Of a DNA stretch of 64,000 nucleotides, positions 9,051-18,057 are shown in pieces. Origin of the DNA: Candidatus Bathyarchaeia archaeon. GTDB lineage: Archaea > Thermoproteota > Bathyarchaeia > Bathyarchaeales > Bathycorpusculaceae. The notes under the pieces were generated by a model. It saw only the letters and a program-made list of their open reading frames with translations. It ran no database searches and was not told the origin of the DNA. A program made the translations under genes and the position numbers. Every line of letters starts with the position of its first letter. Positions within the stretch are counted from its first letter, which is position 1. The stretch lies in contig JBBFKZ010000001.1 in the NCBI GenBank assembly GCA_037481775.1, positions 151,150-215,149 on the forward strand, in the 5' to 3' direction.

Positions 9051-9644
9051 ATGGCTAAGACATTAATTGTTTATGGCACTCGCTATGGGGCAACAGCCCG
9101 AACAGCAGAAGATGTTGCGGCAACTCTTCGTAGTGAAGGCTTAAGCGTTGAAGTGGTTGACTTGAAAAAGGGCAAAGTAGCGGACATAGCCGAGTACAAC
9201 CTCATCATTGTCGGTAGCGGGATCCAAATAAACAAGTGGACTGGCGAAGCGCAGAAGTTCCTGAAAAAGTTTCAGAAAGAACTAAAGAACAAGAAGGTCG
9301 CGTTATTCGTTTGCTGCGGCAGCGCAGAGCCAATAGATGACAAAGCGGACAAAGCCCAGTCGATAGCGGATGCCAGACGAAAATATCTGGAGAAGAAAGC
9401 CGCTGAATACCATCTTCAACCCGTCGCTTTAGGCTTGTTCGGCGGAGTCTACAACTTCAACAAGGTGTCCTGGCTGTTTGGCAGATTCATGCAGGCGGTG
9501 AAGCCGCAGCTAGAAAAAGCTAGTGTGCCCCAAACGGAACCCGGCCTCTACGACACAAGAGACTTAAGCGCCATACGCAGCTGGGCAAAAGAACTCGCCC
9601 AAAGAAGCAATTATCAGCGTAGTGGCGGGCCCGCTGGGATTTGA
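9051..9644 (+). CDS. Flavodoxin-domain protein (long-chain/HemG-like)
   Basis: 197 aa, 'MAKTLIVYGTRYGATARTAEDVA'. The last 22 nt overlap the 3' end of the antisense tRNA-Arg. Confidence 0.65.
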   Translation: MAKTLIVYGTRYGATARTAEDVAATLRSEGLSVEVVDLKKGKVADIAEYNLIIVGSGIQINKWTGEAQKFLKKFQKELKNKKVALFVCCGSAEPIDDKADKAQSIADARRKYLEKKAAEYHLQPVALGLFGGVYNFNKVSWLFGRFMQAVKPQLEKASVPQTEPGLYDTRDLSAIRSWAKELAQRSNYQRSGGPAGI

Positions 9645-9720
9645 ACCCAGGTTCTTCGGCTTTCCCCCGCACAAGAGCGCCCGGAGGCCGACGCCTTAAT
9701 CCGTGCTGGGCTACGGGCCC
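9623..9720 (-). tRNA. tRNA-Arg (anticodon CCG) with about 19-nt intron at 37/38 and encoded CCA
   Basis: Hand-folded. Acceptor GGGCCCG/CGGGCCC. Anticodon stem UCGGC/GCCGA. Loop CU-CCG-G[intron GCGCUCUUGUGCGGGGGAA]A. T arm CUGGG-UUCAAAU-CCCAG. Discriminator G followed by CCA. Confidence 0.85.
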
Positions 9721-9777
9721 ACCCTTTCAAGGCAAAATGCGCTGCAGGAGATTTAAACTTGACCGCGCCGGAAAGGG

Positions 9778-10293
9778 CTATTCTTGCGTTAACTCTTCGT
9801 TTATCCACCAAGCTTTTTTCTTTCCAGACTTTTCTCCCGCGTAATATTCGATTACCGCTTTGCCCAGCTGCCTCTTAGAGTTTCTCTGCATCTTCCGCAG
9901 CCTGTTCAGCACAAGCCACCTGTTAGTCTTCAGATACTCCGCAAGCTCCGGCGTGGTTGCGCCCTTATAATGCAAAAGGTAATCCACTATTTTATGGTCT
10001 ATTTCGTCAAGACAGAAGGCATGCGGATTAACCCGTCCATGCTCGTATGTGAGAAGCTCCAAGTCTGCAAGATACTTCTTGATTTCGGATAACTGCTGCT
10101 CGATTGCATCCATGCGCTTCTCTAACGCGAGAAGCTTATCAGGTCTAGGCGTTTTCTGCAGCTTTTCCATTATGGCTTCTCTGATAAAGTCGCTTCGATC
10201 ACCTTCAGGAACGCGCAGGATTAGCTCTTGATAAACTTCTTCAGGGATCTTCGCCGAAATCACCCTAAGTTCGCTCACCGCAATCACACTCAA
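9778..10293 (-). CDS. Ribbon-helix-helix (CopG-like) plus C-terminal winged-helix DNA-binding protein
   Basis: 171 aa. N-terminal 'ISAKIPEEVYQELILRVPEGDRSDFIREAIMEKL' looks like RHH. A central coiled segment follows. C-terminal 'IVDYLLHYKGATTPELAEYLKTNRWLVLNRLRKM' looks like wHTH. Confidence 0.55.
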   Translation of the reverse strand: MSVIAVSELRVISAKIPEEVYQELILRVPEGDRSDFIREAIMEKLQKTPRPDKLLALEKRMDAIEQQLSEIKKYLADLELLTYEHGRVNPHAFCLDEIDHKIVDYLLHYKGATTPELAEYLKTNRWLVLNRLRKMQRNSKRQLGKAVIEYYAGEKSGKKKAWWINEELTQE

Positions 10294-10366
10294 ACAAATG
10301 AGTATGCCCGTCTTATTATTTCATGGTTTCTACAATCGTTTTTCTCTAAACATCTGAAAAGCTTAA

Positions 10367-11521
10367 ATGTATTGGATCGGCGCTTTAAATCAGGGTTGGG
10401 TATTGCCAAAAGTTACCATATCCCTAATCAAGTGTGATATCGGCTCGTTGGCTGGACACCATATTGTTCCCAAACCCATATTTGACATCGCGGAGAAAAG
10501 CCTCAAAAAAGCAACAGAAAACCGCATCATAAACAGTTTTTACGTTTTCAACGCAGGCGACGATCTCGAACTGCTCATGGTGCATGAAAAAGGCGAACAA
10601 AACGCGGAAATTCACGGGCTCGCTTGGGAAACATTTAAGGAGTGCGCCAACAAAGCTGCACAGTTAAAGCTCTACGCTGCAGGCCAAGATCTTTTGAAAA
10701 ACGCTTTCAGCGGGAACATTCGAGGGATGGGCCCGGGCGTTGCAGAAATGGAGATAGAAGAACGAACTTCTGATCCAATCGTGGTTTTCGCAGCTGACAA
10801 AACATCTGCTGGCTCATTTAACTATCCTCTCTTTCGTATATTCGCCGATCCAATGAACACTGCTGGCCTCGTTATTGATCCAAACATGATTTGTGGCTTC
10901 AAATTCGAAGTTATAGACACGTTGGAAAACAAATCTATAATCCTTAAATGCCCCGAAGAAATTTATGATTTGCTGGCTCTAATTGGCACAGTAGGACGTT
11001 ATGTAATCTCTCGCGTCTGGAGAGCAAGTGACAACTTGATCTGCGCTGCAAGCAGCGTAAGTAAGCTTTCATTAATAGCTGGAAAATACGTGGGCAAAGA
11101 TGATCCAGTAATGATTACTCGGGCGCAGCATGGCCTTCCTGCTGTCGGCGAAATCTTGGCGCCTTTTATGCATAGCTACTTTGTGCAAGGTTGGATGCGA
11201 GGTAGCCACTGGGGGCCAATAATGCCCGTAGGAATGAAATCATCAAAATGTACTGCTTTTGATGGTCCACCAAGAATAGTTGCCTTAGGCTTTCAAGTGG
11301 CGAATGGTCGAATTTCATGCGATGATGAAGGGAACCCGCTTATCGCGGACTTGTTCGATGATCCAGCGTTTTCATTGGCAAGGCGTGAGGCTATGCGTAA
11401 CGCTTGTATGTTACGGAATATGGGTGAATTTGAGCCTGCACGTTTAAGTGCTGAAGACATGGAGTACACGACAATACAGCAAGTTCTGGAAAAACTCGGG
11501 AAGCGCTTCAAACCTCTTTGA
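10367..11521 (+). CDS. fbp: Fructose-1,6-bisphosphate aldolase/phosphatase (class V FBPase)
   Basis: 'KVTISLIKCDIGSLAGHH' matches the N-terminal signature of the archaeal bifunctional enzyme, and the length is right. TTG at 10403 ('MPKVTISLIK') is a likely alternative start. Confidence 0.85.
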   Translation: MYWIGALNQGWVLPKVTISLIKCDIGSLAGHHIVPKPIFDIAEKSLKKATENRIINSFYVFNAGDDLELLMVHEKGEQNAEIHGLAWETFKECANKAAQLKLYAAGQDLLKNAFSGNIRGMGPGVAEMEIEERTSDPIVVFAADKTSAGSFNYPLFRIFADPMNTAGLVIDPNMICGFKFEVIDTLENKSIILKCPEEIYDLLALIGTVGRYVISRVWRASDNLICAASSVSKLSLIAGKYVGKDDPVMITRAQHGLPAVGEILAPFMHSYFVQGWMRGSHWGPIMPVGMKSSKCTAFDGPPRIVALGFQVANGRISCDDEGNPLIADLFDDPAFSLARREAMRNACMLRNMGEFEPARLSAEDMEYTTIQQVLEKLGKRFKPL

Positions 11522-11534
11522 AATTCCTGTGGAA

Positions 11535-12098
11535 TTAAGTCGACGGAACAGTGTGTTTGGCAAAGTTAGCTAATACTGTGCATCTGTTCTCGACAATCGC
11601 GTGGAGCCTTCTGCGCAGTTCTTCCCCAACTTTTTCCTTTGTTTTTAGCAAAGCTACTTTTTTCGAAAGCTCTACATCGCCTATGCCAGTGAACCAAGCT
11701 TCAAAATCTCCACGGCTCAAATGAAAATTTATGGATTCTTCATTAACTTTCAAAATTTTATCGCAAAAATCTTGAAGGCTGTCCGCAGAGATGTTTAACG
11801 GCTTCCCTATACCCGCATAAAAGTGAAATGATTTATCTGGCGGCATCTGCGATAATAGTGCTTGCGCCTTCTCTTTGTCAATCTCGGGCACACCAAGTGC
11901 TTTTTTGCCTTTTTCCGTTATGACGTATAGCCCTTTTGCAGGTGATGCGATGTATCCCATGCGCGTGAGCCATATTATGTGCATCATGACTGACGGAAAA
12001 TCTTTCCCCAATTCCCTTGCTATGGACGCTGGTTTTTCTGGTTTATCAAGTAACAGCATAATCTCTAGTATCTCACATCTAACAGGCGACAAGCTCAT
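11535..12098 (-). CDS. Winged-helix protein with C-terminal domain of unknown function (possibly DUF5752-like)
   Basis: Track ORF runs to 12146. ATG at 12098 ('MSLSPVRCEILEIM') has GGTG 11 nt upstream. wHTH 'PASIARELGKDFPSVMMHIIWLTRMGYI...YVITEKGKKAL'. C-terminal 'FHFYAGIGKPLNISADSLQDFCDKI...FHLSRGDFEAWF'. Divergent from the glycosyltransferase gene. Confidence 0.5.
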   Translation of the reverse strand: MSLSPVRCEILEIMLLLDKPEKPASIARELGKDFPSVMMHIIWLTRMGYIASPAKGLYVITEKGKKALGVPEIDKEKAQALLSQMPPDKSFHFYAGIGKPLNISADSLQDFCDKILKVNEESINFHLSRGDFEAWFTGIGDVELSKKVALLKTKEKVGEELRRRLHAIVENRCTVLANFAKHTVPST

Positions 12099-12231
12099 AA
12101 CTACAATACACCTTAGAGGTATATGTACATACAAACTAATCAACATTTCTTAATGTTTGCTGATTGAAGATAAGCAAAAGCTTTAGTATGGTGCTTTATA
12201 ATGCTACAATGGAAAACGGTGAGCGCAAGGA

Positions 12232-13482
12232 ATGAAGATTGCCGTGCTGGTTTACGAGTATCCGCCTAAAATTGTTGGTGGATTAGGAACATATGCTGCT
12301 GAAATAACACGTAAATTTGTACTAATGGACCATGATGTAACTGTTTTTACGATGAATGATGACTCGGGCTCTTTGCCTACACGAGAAATTTGGCGCGGCA
12401 TAGAAATTCATCGACCGCTACACCTTGATGTTTCTGACTCATTACCCGATGTAATTGCTGAGGACATTAAAAAATGGGGCAGAGGTTTAACTTTATTCGG
12501 CAAGCTTCTTGTTTATAATTATCTAGCAGCGTCCAAGCTTATCAACGAGCTAATAAAAAAGGAAGGAATGAAGTACGATATCGTTGTGGCTCATGACTGG
12601 CTTTCAGTTATGGGCGGCGTCACAGTTAAAAAAGAAAGTGGCATGCCTTTAGCTTTTCATGTCCACTCAACTGAGAAAGGGCGAACTTTGGGGAATGGCT
12701 CAAGTGTGGTAAGTAACATTGAACTGCGAGGCGCTAAGATGGCCAACATGATTGTCACAGTGTCTTATGCCATGAAGGATGAGCTAGTACAACTTGGGTT
12801 TCCATCAGAAAAAATTCACGTCTGCTATAATGGAGTTGATCCGCAAAAATATGATCCTGCAAGCGTACCTGCAGAACAAGTCCGAAAAATCAGGGAACGT
12901 TACGGCATTAGAGATGGCGACATAATGATTCTTTTCATAGGAAGGCTTGTAGGCATAAAGGGTGTTGACAAGTTGATTATGGCTATGCCGCATGTCTTGT
13001 CCAAAATCCCCAACTCAAAGCTAGTAATAGTAGGCGTAGGCGACCTGCAAGAGTATCTGGTGAATTTAACCAGAACCATGCGGCTAGATGAACACGTAAA
13101 ATTCTGTTTCGACTTCATTACTGAAGAAGAACGTATCGCACATTATGCTGCTTGCGACGTGGCGGTTTTCCCAAGCCATTATGAGCCTTTCGGCATTGTT
13201 GCTCTTGAAGCAATGAGCATGGAGAAACCTGTTGTTGTGGGTGCTGCTGGCGTCAGTGGAATGCGCGAAATAGTAGTTTGCAGTGGTGAAGAGCAATGCG
13301 GATACCATATAAATCCAAATAATCCCAACGACATTGCATGGGGAATAACAAGCGCTCTGGAAAATGCGGGAAAACGGGAATGGCTTGGAAAGAACGGCAG
13401 GAAAAGAGTCTTAAGCGAGTTTACTTGGAATAAAATTGCTGAAAAAACCATTGAACTGTACGAGATGGTGCTTAAGCGCTGA
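12232..13482 (+). CDS. GT-B glycosyltransferase, archaeal glycogen-synthase-like (GT4/GT5)
   Basis: 416 aa. 'MKIAVLVYEYPPKIVGGLGTYAAE' N-terminus and 'FPSHYEPFGIVALEAMSMEKPVV' E-x7-E region. Confidence 0.7.
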   Translation: MKIAVLVYEYPPKIVGGLGTYAAEITRKFVLMDHDVTVFTMNDDSGSLPTREIWRGIEIHRPLHLDVSDSLPDVIAEDIKKWGRGLTLFGKLLVYNYLAASKLINELIKKEGMKYDIVVAHDWLSVMGGVTVKKESGMPLAFHVHSTEKGRTLGNGSSVVSNIELRGAKMANMIVTVSYAMKDELVQLGFPSEKIHVCYNGVDPQKYDPASVPAEQVRKIRERYGIRDGDIMILFIGRLVGIKGVDKLIMAMPHVLSKIPNSKLVIVGVGDLQEYLVNLTRTMRLDEHVKFCFDFITEEERIAHYAACDVAVFPSHYEPFGIVALEAMSMEKPVVVGAAGVSGMREIVVCSGEEQCGYHINPNNPNDIAWGITSALENAGKREWLGKNGRKRVLSEFTWNKIAEKTIELYEMVLKR

Positions 13483-13505
13483 ATGAGCTGGCGTATGGTG
13501 AAGCT

Positions 13506-14120
13506 TTGGACGCCAATTCGGACTTAAAGCGGAAGGCTGCTCAAGAAGCAGCAGCCCTACTATATTTTGGTATTGAAAAAGAGTATAAGCAAGCTAAATT
13601 GAAAGCTGCAAAAACTTTAGGCGTCCATTTTCTGCCATCCAACCTTGAAGTTGCTGTAGCGCTTGACAACATAGCTGAAGCGCTTGAAGGACCTGTTAGA
13701 AAAGAGCGGTTAATCCATATGCGCAGTGAAGCCCTAAAAGTAATGGAGGCCCTCAAGGGCTATCAGCCTCTCTTGATTGGCAGTGTTTGGCGCGGCACTA
13801 TCCGCAGAGAAAGCGACATCGACATAGCTGTGTACCATGATGCCCCAGATGAAGTTCTAAGAGTTCTCAAGAGTAATGGCATGAAGATTGTTAAAACTGA
13901 ACGCGTCACCACAACTAAAAAAGGCAAACCTGAAGAGTCCTTTCACATATACGTTGAGACTTCAAGTAAGCAAAGAATTGAACTGGTTGTTAGAAAATCG
14001 GAAGAGGTAAACCGCAAAAGAAAATGTGAGATTTTTGGAGATGAACTTAAAGGCCTTAACATCCAAGAGTTGAAGCGTTTACTCAAAGAAAATCCTGTGG
14101 AAAAATTTATCCCGACATGA
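13506..14120 (+). CDS. Pol-beta superfamily nucleotidyltransferase-domain protein
   Basis: 204 aa. 'GSVWRGTIRRESDIDIAVY' fits the GS-x9-12-DxD minimal NTase motif. TTG start. Confidence 0.55.
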   Translation: MDANSDLKRKAAQEAAALLYFGIEKEYKQAKLKAAKTLGVHFLPSNLEVAVALDNIAEALEGPVRKERLIHMRSEALKVMEALKGYQPLLIGSVWRGTIRRESDIDIAVYHDAPDEVLRVLKSNGMKIVKTERVTTTKKGKPEESFHIYVETSSKQRIELVVRKSEEVNRKRKCEIFGDELKGLNIQELKRLLKENPVEKFIPT

Positions 14121-14216
14121 CATTGTTGTGTTTCATTTTCTGCTACTTGTGTTGCTGCTTTAGCGTTTTCCTTGAAAAAGGCACATAAGTGCGTGTTGCT
14201 ATAGGTATCTGTAGCA

Positions 14217-14588
14217 TTGTTGCTCTTGAGGGTTAAACCTGTGGAGATTGATAAAAAGTCGTTTAAAAAGATGTTTCCGCATTTGGCAAAAGAACTTGAA
14301 GGCGGAGAAAGCAAGATTGCAATAGGCGCTGTAAGAACCGATTCAGATGTCGCTGAAAAATCGATGGATGACAAGTTTCGCAATTATAACCCTACTGTCA
14401 TCGACTTTATACGGCGTTGCGATACAGAAGAACAAGCAGAAGCAATAATCGCGTATTTGGAAAAAAGGGGCGAGTTAACTCCGGAATATGCTGAAAAACT
14501 GCGAAAGCAGCTGAAGCAGGAAGGCGTACGAAGCTTCGGTTCCAAAAAGGAAGAGAATTACTATTTTAAGCAGGGTGGGCTCTGCTAA
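14217..14588 (+). CDS. Conserved archaeal hypothetical protein (DUF2095-like by recollection)
   Basis: 123 aa. 'FKKMFPHLAKELEGG...NPTVIDFIRRCDTEEQAEAIIAYLEKRGELTPEYAEKLRKQL'. Ends in 'KQGGLC'. Start uncertain. Confidence 0.4.
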   Translation: MLLLRVKPVEIDKKSFKKMFPHLAKELEGGESKIAIGAVRTDSDVAEKSMDDKFRNYNPTVIDFIRRCDTEEQAEAIIAYLEKRGELTPEYAEKLRKQLKQEGVRSFGSKKEENYYFKQGGLC

Positions 14589-14702
14589 ACGTACTCATAT
14601 CATGGGGGAAATCCATTATGACAAAAAAGCGCTTAGAGTTATTGCAAATGATTTAATAGTTTTTCTGACGCAGATAGAAAAGGCGGAGGTAAGCAGACAC
14701 TC

Positions 14703-15755
14703 ATGGGTAAGGTGGATAAAGATGCTTTTGCTTCTGAATTTTACAGTCGACAGATAATCCTAAAGGAGTTAGGCTGGATCGGGCAGCGCAAACTTGCTAA
14801 GGCAAAAGTCGCCGTTGTAGGCGTAGGCGGTTTAGGCACGGCTTCCTCGCTTTACTTGGCACTTGCCGGTGTTGGACATCTACGTTTGATAGACCAAGAT
14901 ACTGTGGAAATGCCTAATCTGCACCGTCAGATCTTATACAGTATGGACGATCTGCATTACCCTAAGGTGGAAGTGGCTGCTAAACGGTTAATGAAGCTTA
15001 ACCCGCTCTTGAAGGCAGAGCCAATATCGGAGAATGTGAACCCAAGTAATGTTGAAAGGCTTTTGTCTGGCGTGGACCTCGTCGTCGACGGCTTGGATAA
15101 CATGTTTACCCGTTATTTACTCAACCGCGCATGCATCAAACTGGGCATTCCTTATGTTTTCGGCGCAGCCATAGGCATAGAAGGCAACCTCTCAGTTTTC
15201 ATGCCTCCCGAAACTGGCTGTTTAGAATGCTTGTTGCCGAGCCTGTCTGATGCCGACTTGCTGACGTGTGACACGCGCGGTGTTCTAGGCGCCACCCCTG
15301 GAATAATCGGTACCATGCAAGCCATGGAAGCAATAAAAATATTAACGGGCATGGGCTCGCCTCTTAAGGGTAAGCTTCTGATTTGCGACTTTAACGATAT
15401 GTATTTCACCACGGTTGAAACATCAAAAGCTGCTAACTGCCCCGCTTGTCAAGGCACTTTGGAACAGCTGGCGCAGCATGCAAAGCTGGTTTGGCTTTGC
15501 GGTCGGGACACTGTAAATGTTAACCCTGAGAAGCCGTTAAAGCTGAACCTTAACGAAGTTTACGAGAAAGTGAGGCAAAAATTCAACGTTCGCCTGAAGT
15601 CTCATCTCGCCATAATTTTCGATTACGAAAATTTGGAGGTAAGTTTGTTCAACGGTGGGCGCATGCTTATAAAAAATGTTAAAGACGAAAAGGCAGCGCT
15701 GAAAACGTATCAAAAAATCCTTGAAAAACTGGATATAACCCAATACACGTCGTAG
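14703..15755 (+). CDS. ThiF/MoeB/UbaA-family E1-like adenylyltransferase with about 100-aa C-terminal extension
   Basis: 350 aa. 'VAVVGVGGLGTASSLYLALAGVGHLRLIDQDTVEMPNLHRQ' nucleotide-binding motif. Zinc CxxC pairs 'GCLEC' and 'CPAC'. Confidence 0.8.
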   Translation: MGKVDKDAFASEFYSRQIILKELGWIGQRKLAKAKVAVVGVGGLGTASSLYLALAGVGHLRLIDQDTVEMPNLHRQILYSMDDLHYPKVEVAAKRLMKLNPLLKAEPISENVNPSNVERLLSGVDLVVDGLDNMFTRYLLNRACIKLGIPYVFGAAIGIEGNLSVFMPPETGCLECLLPSLSDADLLTCDTRGVLGATPGIIGTMQAMEAIKILTGMGSPLKGKLLICDFNDMYFTTVETSKAANCPACQGTLEQLAQHAKLVWLCGRDTVNVNPEKPLKLNLNEVYEKVRQKFNVRLKSHLAIIFDYENLEVSLFNGGRMLIKNVKDEKAALKTYQKILEKLDITQYTS

Positions 15756-15872
15756 GGGCGCGGTTGCCTAACTTTTGTGTTAAATCTCTGCTTCAGGAAT
15801 GAGAAATAAACTATAGAATAGCCATATAAAGAAAAGGAACGCGTCAACGGCGCGATTGCTGTAAAGTGGTGT

Positions 15873-16055
15873 TTACTCTATTACCTGAATTGCGCCTTGC
15901 GGGCATTGGGCTTCGCATGCACGGCAGACTAGGCATTCGCTGACGTTAACTGGGACGGATTTGCCGTCTTTTATCTCATAGACGCTGACCGGGCAAGTGT
16001 TAACGCAGGTTTCGCATCCGTTGCATTTGTCATTATCAACTACTATCTTTACCAT
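15873..16055 (-). CDS. 2x[4Fe-4S] ferredoxin
   Basis: 60 aa with 'CNGCETCVNTCP' and 'CLVCRACEAQCP'. Confidence 0.85.
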   Translation of the reverse strand: MVKIVVDNDKCNGCETCVNTCPVSVYEIKDGKSVPVNVSECLVCRACEAQCPQGAIQVIE

Positions 16056-16117
16056 TTCACATACCTCTTGTAAGTTTGATTCAAACGCTACAAGTAAAAT
16101 AAAAGTGTTTAGGTCGA

Positions 16118-17851
16118 TTAGCGAATTTCTTCACGTAGTCTAAGAAGAATTCCGTTGATTGTTGCCTCAGCTTTTTCTTTCCGCCGCTGATAATCCGCAA
16201 TTGCTTTCTTGTACTCTTCCAACGGAAGTTCTCCTCTACTGTGGCGAACCTCCACTGTTCTCAAATTAGCTGAGATTTCAACAAGTTCTGCTTCTGCAAT
16301 ATCCAGCTGCCTAACCGAATCAGCATAAACCCCGCCGGCGCTGCGGAAAACAGCCTTTAACTCAGCTATGTTCTTGTTTAGCGTGTCTATGCGGGTTTCC
16401 AGAGTTTTCCGTTGCACCTTGTATCGGCGCCTTGGAATCTTGCCCTTTTGCGCTCTTTCTTCAAGAAGCTTCAGTTCCAAGACTAACTTGTTTTTCTCTT
16501 CATATGCATCATTGAAGGCTCTTAATTGATCTGGACTGAGAATTACAGAAGCTTTTGGTGTTGCCACTCTTGGCGGTGCCGCAGCTTTGGGTCTTATTTT
16601 CCAGACAGCTAGAATCATGGCTCCAACCGCTGCTAAAGTCCACATCCACATAGTAGGCCTAAAAGACGCCCAAAGTGGATTATAATCATATTTGATCTGC
16701 ACAGTGTCTTCAGAAGGAACAGCGCTCTCTATGTTGCTGACTCCTTCTCTGTTAATTGTCAGCGTTTCTTGAAAGGCTTCTCTGGTTAAACTTGAGGATG
16801 GCTCTATTTCTGAGTACTGTGGCTCTATAAACTTCGCTCCTTCAGGGAGAACAAAGTTAACGGTGACCTTGTCAATGTAGCAATTGAGATTGGGGAATAG
16901 ATCAAAGTTCAAAGTGAAATGCGTTTGCTCAGAAGATACCTGGGGCAAAGTATAATCCGCTGATAGGAATGTTGCTGTGCCGCTGTTTAGAGGCGAGGCT
17001 AACGTAGCAGTGACAAAGGACGCGTTTGCATCATCGGTTTGAGTGCTGACGATCAAGTTTCTGCCGAATTCGTCACTTACAGCAATGTTTGAAGCCGCAG
17101 GCGGTAAGCCTATCTTAATAGAACTAATGCTACTTGTCGAGTTATTTACGATGCGATATTTGTCCGAGACTGTTATGCCGCCGGCGGCGTTTATCGTAAC
17201 TTGGCGAGTTAGCTGTTTCACGTTAATTATTTGAATGCTGCCGGAGCTTAAGGAAAAAGTTGCTGTTGCTGGCGAATAAGTGAATGCAGCTAAATTGTGC
17301 TTAACAAAGCTCGCTGTTTGAACTTCGCCGTCATTTTTTGTTATGGTAATATTTTGGGCATCTTCAGGTAAAACAAGAGTAACCTCACAGCTGGCCGCAT
17401 CCTTCACGAGACTGGGGTAGGCTGGAAAATCCAGCGTAAAATTGTTATAATTTTGAGTGATAAGGCTGTTCGAGAGAATGAATGCTACGGTAAAAACTTG
17501 AGGCGCGCCCTGTGGAAAACTTATTTTTGCACCGTAAAAGCCACTTTGGCCTTCCAACTGCACGCCAAGGCTCATGGGAAAAACATTGTTGTCGTCATAG
17601 GCTATGCCTTTGAGAATGTACGCGCCGTATTTGTATGGGACGCCTATTAGGAAGTCGCCTGTTAATTGTCCAGTTAATCGCACTTTGTCCCTTATAATTA
17701 CGTGGCCAGAGTACAAGACTTCAACTTGGTGATCAATCTGTTGTATGGTGTATGTGGCTTCTTGAGACAAAACAGCTTGCGTGTTAAATGAAGACAATAG
17801 AACCGCAAGTGAAAAAATCATCAGCACTATTGTGGTAGTAGTTCTCTTCAC
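16118..17851 (-). CDS. Type I membrane protein, ribophorin I (OST1)-like architecture
   Basis: 577 aa. Signal peptide 'MKRTTTTIVLMIFSLAVLLSSFNTQA'. About 380-aa extracytoplasmic beta-rich domain containing 'VLPEGAKFIE'. Single TM 'MWMWTLAAVGAMILAVW'. About 150-aa charged coiled-coil cytoplasmic tail. Confidence 0.5.
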   Translation of the reverse strand: MKRTTTTIVLMIFSLAVLLSSFNTQAVLSQEATYTIQQIDHQVEVLYSGHVIIRDKVRLTGQLTGDFLIGVPYKYGAYILKGIAYDDNNVFPMSLGVQLEGQSGFYGAKISFPQGAPQVFTVAFILSNSLITQNYNNFTLDFPAYPSLVKDAASCEVTLVLPEDAQNITITKNDGEVQTASFVKHNLAAFTYSPATATFSLSSGSIQIINVKQLTRQVTINAAGGITVSDKYRIVNNSTSSISSIKIGLPPAASNIAVSDEFGRNLIVSTQTDDANASFVTATLASPLNSGTATFLSADYTLPQVSSEQTHFTLNFDLFPNLNCYIDKVTVNFVLPEGAKFIEPQYSEIEPSSSLTREAFQETLTINREGVSNIESAVPSEDTVQIKYDYNPLWASFRPTMWMWTLAAVGAMILAVWKIRPKAAAPPRVATPKASVILSPDQLRAFNDAYEEKNKLVLELKLLEERAQKGKIPRRRYKVQRKTLETRIDTLNKNIAELKAVFRSAGGVYADSVRQLDIAEAELVEISANLRTVEVRHSRGELPLEEYKKAIADYQRRKEKAEATINGILLRLREEIR

Positions 17852-18057
17852 TTGAATTCACCGAGTTTAGGTTTCTCTATGTTATTAGTAGCTTATTTAT
17901 TTACTTTTAGAAAACGCGGGGTCTAATTGGTTATTGAATTTCGTTACGGCTACGGTGGCGTCCCATGCTTAGAGTGGTCGATGCTATCCGTGAATAATTC
18001 GCTTTACATAAATTTTGATTTTGTTAATTAAAGAACAAGTTATCATGGTGCAGATTA

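Noticed and set aside
9614-9844. ORFs 9614..9811 (-) and 9641..9844 (+) across the tRNA-Arg locus.
   Set aside because: They overlap a well-folding tRNA and its flanks. Their Arg/Pro/Gly-rich translations reflect the GC-rich tRNA sequence.
13943-14383. 146-aa minus-strand ORF spanning the NTase / DUF2095-like intergenic region.
   Set aside because: It overlaps two co-directional plus-strand genes and has a Ser/Leu/Phe-rich low-complexity translation.
14217-14588. Treating the 123-aa GG-LC-ending protein as a bona fide ubiquitin-like modifier.
   Set aside because: The sequence looks predominantly helical and charged rather than beta-grasp. No JAMM/Rpn11 protease or E2-like gene is nearby. 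It is kept only as a low-interest neighbourhood observation.
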